From Pseudomonadota bacterium (GTDB lineage: Bacteria > Pseudomonadota > Gammaproteobacteria > JAKAQQ01), in the NCBI GenBank assembly GCA_027365475.1, contig DAHXNI010000080.1, positions 69,490 through 133,489 of the forward strand: 64,000 nucleotides of DNA, given 5' to 3'. The position numbers and the translations under genes are program-made. Each line of letters begins with the position of its first letter. The first letter of the stretch is position 1. Shown here one piece after another: positions 12,351-20,851 of this stretch. The notes below the pieces were generated by a model. The model was given only the letters and a program-made list of their open reading frames with translations. It was not told the origin of the DNA and made no database searches.

Positions 12351-13409
12351 ATGAGTAAGACTATCACTTCCTTCGTAGGGTTGGACGCGCACGCCGATTC
12401 GATCGCGATCGGGGTCGCGCCGAGCGGGCGGCAGGAGCCGCACTTTGTCGGGACCGTGTCCCCGCAGTGGGGATCGCTGTCGAAGGCGCTGAGTCGGTTG
12501 GGCCAGCCCGAAGCGCTCGAGATCGTCTACGAGGCAGGTCCCTGCGGGTACACCCTGGCGCGCCAGCTCGAGGCGCACGGTTACGCTTGTCGGGTGATCG
12601 CCCCGTCGAAGGTCGCGCGCCGGCCAGGGGATCGGATCAAGACCGACCGGCGTGACGCGCTGCTGCTGGCGCGGGCCGCGCGCGCCGGGGAGCTCGTGAG
12701 CGTCACGATCCCCGATGAGCGGGATGAGGTGATTCGCGACCTCTGCCGTGCCCGGGAGGATGCCGTGCGAGCCCGGCTGAAGGCGCGCCAACAGCTCAAG
12801 GCGATGCTGCTGCGCCATGGGCGTCGCTACGGCGGCCGCTCGTCCTGGACCGAAGCGCATGAGCGCTACCTGGCCGCGGTGAGCTTTACCCAGCCCGCGC
12901 AGGACATCGCCTTCGCTGAGTATCGCAGCGCCGTGCGCGAGGCTCACGAGCGGGTCGAACGCCTCACCGAGTCGATGCGTGCGCAGCTCGAACACTGGCG
13001 CATGCGCCCGGTAGTCGAGGCGCTCATGACGCTGCGGGGCATCGACATGGTAGCGGCCATGACGGTGGTCGCCGAGATCGGGGATTTCACCCGCTTGGCG
13101 CGCCCGCGCGAGCTGATGGGGTTTCTCGGGCTGGTGCCCTCGGAATACTCCAGTGGTCCCAAGCGTACGCAGGGGGAGATCACCAAGACCGGCAACAGCC
13201 ACGTGCGGCGCGTGCGGGTGGAGGCGGCCTGGAATTATCGCTTCCCGGCGCGCCAGATCGCTTGGAAGGCACAGTTGCGCCTCGCCCAGCGCTACCGGCA
13301 TCTCTCGGCCCGCAAGCTCGCCCTCAACAAGATCTGCGTCGCCATCGCGCGTGAGCTCTCGGGCTTCATCTGGGACATCGCCCGCCAGGTCAAGCCATCG
13401 AGCACCTGA
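12351..13409 (+). CDS. IS110-family transposase/recombinase
   Basis: GLDAH, YEAGPCG and KTDRRDA (DEDD RuvC-like); GLVPSEYSSG and ITKTGN (Tnp domain). Confidence 0.93.
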   Translation: MSKTITSFVGLDAHADSIAIGVAPSGRQEPHFVGTVSPQWGSLSKALSRLGQPEALEIVYEAGPCGYTLARQLEAHGYACRVIAPSKVARRPGDRIKTDRRDALLLARAARAGELVSVTIPDERDEVIRDLCRAREDAVRARLKARQQLKAMLLRHGRRYGGRSSWTEAHERYLAAVSFTQPAQDIAFAEYRSAVREAHERVERLTESMRAQLEHWRMRPVVEALMTLRGIDMVAAMTVVAEIGDFTRLARPRELMGFLGLVPSEYSSGPKRTQGEITKTGNSHVRRVRVEAAWNYRFPARQIAWKAQLRLAQRYRHLSARKLALNKICVAIARELSGFIWDIARQVKPSST

Positions 13410-13478
13410 GAGGTTGTCTCATCGCCATCGAATCGGAGGTAACACACAACCCAGCATCACCCACACAACCCACACCGA

Positions 13479-13680
13479 CAACGCACGGGTCACGCGACGC
13501 CGGAGCACCGATGAGGGGAATCCTCGGCTGGGCTATGTGGGCATCCGCGTGATGATCCCCGATAGTAGAGCGAGGCAACCCCGCGACGGACGAATGAAAT
13601 GCCGGTAACCAATCCGCGGATATGAGCCTGATCATCGTCGCCAACTTCTGCTCTCGCGTCGCGTGACCCTTGCGCTGTTG
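13479..13680 (+). ncRNA. candidate IS110 bridge/seek RNA
   Basis: Perfect 14-bp closing stem (GGGTCACGCGACGC 13487-13500 / GCGTCGCGTGACCC 13656-13669) enclosing two stem-loops with large internal loops; strand assumed. Confidence 0.6.
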
Positions 13681-14224
13681 ATTCCGAAAGGTTCGCAAAT
13701 TGAGGCACGAAATCCGTGAGACAGACCTATGGGGGCTTGACAGGGGTCAGGCCATATGAGCCCAGATAGTCCGGGCTCTCGCGTACCAGATAGCGCCGGC
13801 TCAGCGGAGTCAAGCCATAGGCGTCGGCTTGTTTTTCTACCAGCCCGAGCCCCGCCAGAGCATTGAGCAGCATGGCAGCTCCCCGTAGCGAACAGCCGGT
13901 ATGTTCGGCCACGGCTTTGGCCTTCTGACTGCCTCCGGCCAGTGCGGAAAAAACCTCAACTGCAGCGCCGCGCTCGACACGCGCTCCCCGGCAAAAGAAA
14001 AACTGAGATTGAGCAGCGCATCGGTAGTATCCATTTTTCCGCCTCTGTCAAATTCAGGGTGGGCACCCATCATGGATAGAATACCGCCGGTGAACTTAAT
14101 GAGGAGTGGCAGTGATACCGGGTCGGTTACGCCTCTTGGCGGACAGGCCATAGCCGACGAAAATCGGAGGGGTCAGCTCGCCTGCAGGAATACGAATGCC
14201 CGATGGATCCCGCAACAAACCTGC

Positions 14225-17200
14225 TCAACCCTTGTGCCGCTTCTCGATTTCCTTGCGCAAGCGTTCGATCTCACGCCGTCTGGCTTCGGGCGTACCCCAT
14301 TTCGGTGGGTCACTCTCACGCCGCTGTTCCGCCGCCCCCTGCGCCGCGCGTTCCTCAGCTTGCCGTTTTTCCCGCTCACGAACCTCGGCCTCCCGACGCG
14401 CAATGGCGCGCTCGGCAGCAATTGGAATCGTGCGCACCGGGAGGCTGGCCATCGCCAAATATTGGTCGATGGAGCCCCAGACCAGATCCCAAGCAGACTC
14501 CCCGATAAATGGAAGATTGAGCGCCTGGAACACCGGTACCCAGACATCCGTATCGGCCTGTTTGCGGCGTACCGAAAGTCTGGGATTGAACTGATACCAG
14601 CCCTGCGCGACGCGCACAAACAAGGCACGGTTGTAGGCATAGTCACGGTCGACTTCGTTGCGCGATAGCACCGAGGAAAGATACGGCCGCTTGTTGCGTT
14701 CCGGCCGGACCACATTAGCGGGCAGAGTCTCCCACGCCTCGAGAATCGTCCGCGTCTCGAAAGCGCCATGGGGCCGCCGCTGCCGATGCGTGAAGCGTGA
14801 TTTGAAAAGTGTCCACATCGTCTGGAAGACGAAATATTCCGAGAGCTGGCGGTCTATGCGCACCATCCGCTCCCCTGTGTTAACGTCGACCACGCTCGGG
14901 GCGAGCAAATCAAACAGCGCGGCGAATGGGCCGCGGGCAAATGCCGCATCGCGGAAGGCCTCGCGCATCGCCCAGTGCAGTGCGTTGAAGCCGTAGTGAT
15001 CGACCACCTCGCGATCGGCGCCACGCTCCAACAGCGCCTCGGCGAGTGGCACATTGCCGGCGGCAGCCGCGGCCATCAGCGGCGTCTGGTTCATCGGCAG
15101 GCGGTGGTCGATTCCGTACTGATCGCACTGATGCAAAATATCCTTGAAGTGCTTGGCGAAATACTGACTGTAGCTCTTGCGCCCCAAGGTGGCGCGTTGC
15201 TGCGGAAATGAGCTCGCCATGTCAAACTTTACCTCCTGTGCCAACCAGGCGGCTAACGCCGGCTCGTCGTGGCAAGTGGCATACTCGTAGAGTTGCAGCC
15301 GGTGTTTGCTGCCCGGTGCCTGTTCGCGAAACACCTTGAGCAGCAGCGCCGTGACTTTTAACTCGTCGAACACCGGCCACGGGACGGGCGTCTGCCTGAG
15401 AATGTTGCGGCGAATCGCCTCGACCTGCTCCTTTTTGCCTTGCAGTTCGAGCTTGCGCGCTTCACGCTGCCAGTCTTCGGCCGTCGATTGTTTTGCCTCG
15501 ACCGTCATCGGCCCACCCAGCGCCAGATCGAGCAGCCCAAACAGGGGATGCGAGGTATCCGATTCGATGATGTAGAGGTTCCTGGTGGCTCGCGTCAGCG
15601 CCACGTAGAACGCGTTGACAAAGAACTTATAGACCTCGAGCGACTTGTCGCTCTTGTCTTTTGCCCGTCGGTAATCAAGCGTGTCAGTCACCAGATCCCG
15701 CTTCGAGACCCCCTCTCCGATTGCGGCAAATTCAGCGCGGTGATCGGAGACGAGGCGATAGAGCACGATATTCTCGTACTCGAGCCCCTTGGCCTCGTGG
15801 ATGGAAAAAAGCAAGGGCGTCGAAAAGTACCTGCGCGCCTCAACCTTGTCCTCGTCACGCATCACCAGCACTGCGAACTGAGTGGATTGACGGATCCTGA
15901 GGTCCAGTTCTTTCTTGACGTCATCCTTGTCGGACATGAGTCCCACCTGCCCGGCTGCGCCGCCGACCGCTTTCACGAGAAAGTTGCTTTCGCGGTCGAT
16001 CGAGCCGAAGCGCCGCTGCTTGATCTTGAGGAGCTGGTTAGCGACGCGGGTCGCTTCCTGCCCGTTGCGGAAGTTAGCAGTGAGCACCTGCAGTTCCTGA
16101 CGTTCCGCCAGTTGCGGGTCGTTCCAGAAAAGAGCCTTCACCTTCGCCCAGGAGAAGAAGTTGGGATGGACAATCTGGTTAGAATCGCCACACAACAGGA
16201 AATGGCCGGGCTTCCTGAGCGTCTTCAGAACGAGCGCCAGCTGGACGGCTGTAACATCCTGCACCTCGTCGATGACGACAAAATCATAGCGGGGCGCCGC
16301 CCGACCTTGCCATTCCTGGGAAACCAGATTGAGGTCAAAAAGACCCGCTTCGCCGAGCCAGAAACGATATTTCTCGAACAGTTCGTAGAGCGCGTCCCGG
16401 CGACTTTCGGGGAAAATGGATTGGCGTACACCGAGCGCCCGATAGTCATCCCGCGATAGCACACCGTCGGCCCCGGCGGTGATCACGCCGCGGATTTCCT
16501 CAAATGCCTGGTGGCCCTCGATGCCCCTGAAAGCCTGCCGCATCCGCGCAAACCAACCGGAAAAATCACGCCAAGTGGCCTCTCGCCCTGCCGGTACCCG
16601 AAGGGATTCGACAAACTCACGGTAGGAAAGGAATACGGCCTCCTGCCCCGGATGTTCGAAACCGTTGGCGTAATAGAGATCGCGAGCGTTCTGGGCAAGG
16701 TATGCGGAAAGGGTGACGTAAAGCACTTCCCCTTCTATGTGCTTCAGCTTCTCCAGGGTCAACGCCGTTTTCCCGCTACCGGCGCTGCCTGCCACGATCA
16801 TTGGAGGTGGCTGGCGATAGATGGCCTCCTGCGCGTCATCGAAGGAAATCGGCTTGTCGAGCAGGTGAATGACGGTGCGTTCCGGATGCAGATAACGTAA
16901 TGGTTGCGCTCCCTGGAGAGCCTCGGCAACATCGCCGTCCGTAATCTTTGATTCGTCGATCACGGCCCCGCGCAAAAAGCGCGACTTATCATAGTTGTGA
17001 TTGACGATGACCTCCAGCATCAGGGCACAGACCTCATCGCCATGACGCACGAGAGAGAACAGCAACCGGTCGGACTCGTTGAGCCTGGCGCGGTAGAACT
17101 TGCCATGGCTCAGATTGGCAAGCTTTTTGACTTGCGCAACGCCAAAGTCGCCGCGAGCGATGGCGTCGATCACCTTGCGATAGGCGTCCGTGACACGGGA

Positions 17201-17233
17201 CGTATCAAGGTCGATGTACTCAAGGATCTTCAT
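14225..17233 (-). CDS. UvrD/SF1 helicase with RelE-like N-terminus and ankyrin repeats
   Basis: GSAGSGKT, DEVQD, GDSNQ, NFRN, SIHEAKGLE, YVALTRA; ankyrin NQTPLMAAAAAGNVPLAEALLERGAD. Confidence 0.85.
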   Translation of the reverse strand: MKILEYIDLDTSRVTDAYRKVIDAIARGDFGVAQVKKLANLSHGKFYRARLNESDRLLFSLVRHGDEVCALMLEVIVNHNYDKSRFLRGAVIDESKITDGDVAEALQGAQPLRYLHPERTVIHLLDKPISFDDAQEAIYRQPPPMIVAGSAGSGKTALTLEKLKHIEGEVLYVTLSAYLAQNARDLYYANGFEHPGQEAVFLSYREFVESLRVPAGREATWRDFSGWFARMRQAFRGIEGHQAFEEIRGVITAGADGVLSRDDYRALGVRQSIFPESRRDALYELFEKYRFWLGEAGLFDLNLVSQEWQGRAAPRYDFVVIDEVQDVTAVQLALVLKTLRKPGHFLLCGDSNQIVHPNFFSWAKVKALFWNDPQLAERQELQVLTANFRNGQEATRVANQLLKIKQRRFGSIDRESNFLVKAVGGAAGQVGLMSDKDDVKKELDLRIRQSTQFAVLVMRDEDKVEARRYFSTPLLFSIHEAKGLEYENIVLYRLVSDHRAEFAAIGEGVSKRDLVTDTLDYRRAKDKSDKSLEVYKFFVNAFYVALTRATRNLYIIESDTSHPLFGLLDLALGGPMTVEAKQSTAEDWQREARKLELQGKKEQVEAIRRNILRQTPVPWPVFDELKVTALLLKVFREQAPGSKHRLQLYEYATCHDEPALAAWLAQEVKFDMASSFPQQRATLGRKSYSQYFAKHFKDILHQCDQYGIDHRLPMNQTPLMAAAAAGNVPLAEALLERGADREVVDHYGFNALHWAMREAFRDAAFARGPFAALFDLLAPSVVDVNTGERMVRIDRQLSEYFVFQTMWTLFKSRFTHRQRRPHGAFETRTILEAWETLPANVVRPERNKRPYLSSVLSRNEVDRDYAYNRALFVRVAQGWYQFNPRLSVRRKQADTDVWVPVFQALNLPFIGESAWDLVWGSIDQYLAMASLPVRTIPIAAERAIARREAEVREREKRQAEERAAQGAAEQRRESDPPKWGTPEARRREIERLRKEIEKRHKG

Positions 17234-17339
17234 TGTAACGTCCGCCCTTCGGAACTTTATGGGCCGGTAGGTGCCCTCACCCCCGCCGCAGTGCCGACCC
17301 CATGCCAGATATCGCAAAACATCCGGATCCGAATTATCA

Positions 17340-17530
17340 TCCCGGCGGCAGATACAGCGTCAAAGAAAGGTGGGGCAGCACAAGAGGTGAATCCGAAGTG
17401 CTCGTAGAATGATGAGGCCGCCACCTCTTCCTTCGCGTGCAGACAACGGCCCAGCCAAGCCGAGAAGAAGCTTACCAAGTCCTGCGCCCCGGCGTTCCCG
17501 ATGAATGGCAAAACTCCCCATTCGGAAGCA
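17340..17530 (-). pseudogene. GNAT acetyltransferase (toxin-like) remnant
   Basis: Pieces in two frames: FAIHRERRGAGLGKLLL (acetyl-CoA motif A) and AASSFYEHFGF (motif B). Confidence 0.55.
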
Positions 17531-17543
17531 TGGAACCGAAGGA

Positions 17544-17930
17544 TTACCGGTCCGAAACAATCGAACTGATCCTAGGCCCCGTACGCACGATCTGGTTTTG
17601 TTCGTCCACATACACCCGCTGCGGATGAAAATCCCGGGCCTCGGATTCGGAGGTGACCGCATAGGCGGCGATGATGACGATGTCGCCTACATGGGCTTTG
17701 TGAGCGGCGGCGCCGTTGAGCGAGATGGTGCCATTTCCTGGACTCGCCAAAATGGCATAGGTCACCAAGCGCTCGCCATTCGTGACGTTATAGATATGCA
17801 CCTGCTCGAACTCCCGGATGTTTGCAGCTTCGAGGAGGAGACGATCAATGGCGCAGGACCCCTCGTAGTCCAGGTGTACTTCACTCACCCGGGCACGGTG
17901 GATTTTGGACTTGAGGACGGTAATCTGCAT
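17544..17930 (-). CDS. panD: aspartate 1-decarboxylase
   Basis: [28 protein letters not shown]. Confidence 0.97.
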   Translation of the reverse strand: MQITVLKSKIHRARVSEVHLDYEGSCAIDRLLLEAANIREFEQVHIYNVTNGERLVTYAILASPGNGTISLNGAAAHKAHVGDIVIIAAYAVTSESEARDFHPQRVYVDEQNQIVRTGPRISSIVSDR

Positions 17931-17977
17931 AAATCAACCGAGGATTGAGTGTCGTATTGTACCCGCGATGACCCCCG

Positions 17978-18844
17978 TCACGCCGCCTTCCACCCGATGT
18001 TGTCTATCAACCGAGTTGCTCCAAGACGGGCAGCGCCCAGAATCCGGTACGCTGCCGGAATTGCAACGGGATCCGGTTCCGCGAGCGTCTCCTCAGCCCG
18101 GATCGCAACATAATCCGGCACGAACCCGGATCTTTCAAGGCGTGCCCACGCTTCCCGCTCGAGCACCGAGAAATCGCGCCGGCCTGTTTCGAGTGCATCC
18201 GCAACCGTCTCCAGTGTCCGATACAGGATGGGGGCCCGCTTTCGCTCTTCGGCCGAAAGATACTGGTTGCGTGAACTCAAGGCCAACCCATCGGCATCCC
18301 GGACCGTCGGGACCCGTTCGATCGCGACCGGGAGACGCAAGTCGGATACGAGGCGACGAATCAGGACACACTGCTGATAATCTTTCTCACCGAAGACCAT
18401 CACCACGGGCTGGATCGCGAAAAGAAGCCGGAGCACTACAGAGGCCACACCGGCAAAATGCCCGGGACGGGAGGCTCCGCAAAGGATTTCCGAAAGACCG
18501 GGTACCTCGATGCGAATGGCTCGATCGATCCCGAGCGGGTAGAGGTCAGCCACTTCGGGGACATACACAAGATCGACTCCGAGGGGTTTGAGCCCCACGA
18601 GGTCCGCGTCGAGCGTCCGGGGATAGTGCAGATAGTCCTCGTTCGGGCCAAATTGGGTGGGGTTGACGAAGATGCTCACGACGACCCTGTGCGCGAGCGC
18701 GCGAGCGCGCGCGACCAGACGGTGATGGCCGGCGTGAAGGTTTCCCATCGTGGGGACGAACGCGACCGGCTCCTCCAGCCGGCGCCAGTCCGACAGGATC
18801 TCGTCGAGATGACCCCGCTCCCGGACCAGAATCGGTTGTCTCAT
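17978..18844 (-). CDS. panC: pantoate-beta-alanine ligase
   Basis: VPTMGNLHAGH, SIFVNPTQF, GEKDYQQ, GLALSSRN, RLIDN. Confidence 0.97.
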   Translation of the reverse strand: MRQPILVRERGHLDEILSDWRRLEEPVAFVPTMGNLHAGHHRLVARARALAHRVVVSIFVNPTQFGPNEDYLHYPRTLDADLVGLKPLGVDLVYVPEVADLYPLGIDRAIRIEVPGLSEILCGASRPGHFAGVASVVLRLLFAIQPVVMVFGEKDYQQCVLIRRLVSDLRLPVAIERVPTVRDADGLALSSRNQYLSAEERKRAPILYRTLETVADALETGRRDFSVLEREAWARLERSGFVPDYVAIRAEETLAEPDPVAIPAAYRILGAARLGATRLIDNIGWKAA

Positions 18845-19677
18845 TCGAACCCGTGCTCGGGCTGCGGATAGTTTCCGGATCGGACTGCTTCGGCATAGGC
18901 CACCACAGCTTCTGCGATCGAACGTCCCCCTGAGAGAAACGTCTCGGCGAAGCGGGGGCGCACCCCCCCACCGAGCCCGAGAATGTCGTAGAGGACCAGG
19001 ATCTGTCCATCCACGGTGGGGCCCGCCCCGATTCCGATCACCGGGACACGGGCCGCCTCGGTGATCCGGGTGGCGAGCGGCGTCGGCACACATTCGAGCA
19101 GCAGGAGGTCGGCTCCCGCCGCTTCGAGCTGCTTCGCATCCTCGACCATGCGGTTTGCTTCCGCCTCGGAGCGGCCGGCCACCCGGAACCCTCCGATTTT
19201 GTGCTGCGACTGGGGCCTCAACCCCAAGTGGGCGCAAACCGGGATCCCCTGACCCGCCAGGGCTTCGACGATCATGGCCTGAGTGGCGTTGCCTTCGAGC
19301 TTGACCATATGCGCCCCGCCTTCCCGGAGCAGTCGTCCGGCATTGAGCAGGGCGGTTTGGGGATCGCAATAACTCAAAAAAGGGAGATCGGCCACGAGCA
19401 AGGCCCGTTTGAGACCCCGGGCCACGAGTTGCGTGTGATAAACCATGTGGTCGATCGTCACAGGAATCGTGCTCGCATGGCCCTGGATGACCATGCCGAG
19501 AGAATCACCCACGAGGACAAGATCGACTCCAGAAGCATCCAGTACGGCGGCAAAGCTCGCGTCGTAGGCCGTGAGGCAGACGATTTTCTGCCGGTTTTTT
19601 TTGAGCCGTCGCAGGGTCACCAACGTGACGGGCGCGGCGTCCGCGGAAGAGGCAGGCTGCGCGTAGATATCAGTCAT
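18841..19677 (-). CDS. panB: 3-methyl-2-oxobutanoate hydroxymethyltransferase
   Basis: LTAYD, LVGDSLG, VKLEG, IGIGAG. Confidence 0.97.
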   Translation of the reverse strand: MTDIYAQPASSADAAPVTLVTLRRLKKNRQKIVCLTAYDASFAAVLDASGVDLVLVGDSLGMVIQGHASTIPVTIDHMVYHTQLVARGLKRALLVADLPFLSYCDPQTALLNAGRLLREGGAHMVKLEGNATQAMIVEALAGQGIPVCAHLGLRPQSQHKIGGFRVAGRSEAEANRMVEDAKQLEAAGADLLLLECVPTPLATRITEAARVPVIGIGAGPTVDGQILVLYDILGLGGGVRPRFAETFLSGGRSIAEAVVAYAEAVRSGNYPQPEHGFE

Positions 19678-20366
19678 GCCGAACTCACCGGTGAGGGGGG
19701 TGCTGCGCGGGGGTTGAAGAAGTGCCGACCCGCCCGCGTACGGGCGATCTCGGCCAGAAGATTCGCGTAATCCTCTTCACGCTCAATGGGATTGATCTCG
19801 CTCGCGTTCACGATCAGGATCGGCGAGTCGTCATAGTGATGGAAAAACTGGGTATAGGCAGACACCACCTGCTCGAGATAGTCGCGGCGCATGAACTGTT
19901 CATAGGCAATCCCGCGTCGGGCGATGCGGCGCGCGAGGACATCCGTCGACGCCTGAAGGCCAATGACGAGATCCGGAACGGGAAGATCGACCGCAAGCCG
20001 CTCGTATACCTGGTCATAGAGAGCGAGTTCGTCTCGTTCGAGCGTAATCTGGGCAAAAATCCGGTCTTTCGCGAACAGGTAATCTCCGATCCTGAGCGGC
20101 TGGAACAGTTCGCCCTGTTTGAGTTCTGCGAGTGCCCGCGCCCGCTGGAAAAGAAAATAAAGCTGGGTCGGCAAGGCCGTATGGCGCGGATCGCGGTAGA
20201 AACGTTCGAGAAAGGGGTTATCGTCTGCCTGCTCAAGCAGGGGCTGGCCATTGAAACTCTCAGCCAGTTTGAGGGCGAGGGTGGTTTTGCCCACGCCGAT
20301 CGGCCCATCTATCACGATATAGCGGGCATTAGCGAGTTTGGGAGTCTGTGAATGGGATGCATTCAA
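19674..20366 (-). CDS. deoxynucleoside kinase
   Basis: IDGPIGVGKTTL, NPFLERFY, QLYFLFQR; typical folK-panB position; start approximate. Confidence 0.9.
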   Translation of the reverse strand: MNASHSQTPKLANARYIVIDGPIGVGKTTLALKLAESFNGQPLLEQADDNPFLERFYRDPRHTALPTQLYFLFQRARALAELKQGELFQPLRIGDYLFAKDRIFAQITLERDELALYDQVYERLAVDLPVPDLVIGLQASTDVLARRIARRGIAYEQFMRRDYLEQVVSAYTQFFHHYDDSPILIVNASEINPIEREEDYANLLAEIARTRAGRHFFNPRAAPPSPVSSA

Positions 20367-20838
20367 GTGGGTGGTTTCCGCATCGTGTGACCAGATCCGA
20401 GACCAGCCCGATCCCCGGCACATTGAGATCGGGGGCCAGTTCCAAGAGAGGATAAAGCACAAATGCGCGCTCTGCCAGACCCGGGTGAGGTAGGGTGAGT
20501 CGTTCGCTCTCAAACCGCCGGTCTGCATAGACCAAAAGATCGAAATCGATGGTTCGGGGCCCCCAATGGACACCCCGGGTGCGCCCCAGGGCCGCCTCGA
20601 TCCCTTGACAGGTCGCCAGCAACTCGAACGGGTCCAGCGCGGCCTGGATCTCAATCACGGCGTTCCAGTAATCCGGCTGCGCGGAACCATCCATCGGCGG
20701 CGTGCGATAGAGCGAGGAGCGACGCCTCAAGAGGATCCCGGGTACATCTGCCACGATCTCGACCGCTCGCCTGATCTGTTCCGGCGGGTCCTTGAGATTG
20801 CTGCCGAGGCCGAGATAGATGCCCGATACGGGGAGCAT
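20329..20838 (-). CDS. folK: 6-hydroxymethyl-7,8-dihydropterin pyrophosphokinase
   Basis: LGLGSNL, WGPRTIDFDLL, LPHP...ERAFVL. Confidence 0.96.
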   Translation of the reverse strand: MLPVSGIYLGLGSNLKDPPEQIRRAVEIVADVPGILLRRRSSLYRTPPMDGSAQPDYWNAVIEIQAALDPFELLATCQGIEAALGRTRGVHWGPRTIDFDLLVYADRRFESERLTLPHPGLAERAFVLYPLLELAPDLNVPGIGLVSDLVTRCGNHPLECIPFTDSQTR

Positions 20839-20851
20839 GGATCCGGCTGGG

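Larger units (their letters stand above)
12189..13760 (+). mobile_element. IS110-family insertion sequence (ends uncertain by a few nt)
   Basis: IS110 recombinase with ~160-nt 5' and ~350-nt 3' non-coding ends, no terminal inverted repeats; interrupts the methyltransferase. Confidence 0.9.
11466..14034 (-). pseudogene. SAM-dependent O-methyltransferase (family 2, with dimerisation domain), split by IS110 and frameshifted
   Basis: N-terminal part 14034-~13760 (MDTTDALL..., frameshift, LLNALAGLGLVEK...ESPDYLG); C-terminal part ~12188-11466 (MWEADRLW...DVACGSG...GNIVH...LRPGGRIVIVD). Confidence 0.85.

Noticed and set aside
11466-13301. 611-aa ORF as a novel fusion protein
   Set aside because: Chimera of the antisense IS110 frame and the methyltransferase C-terminus
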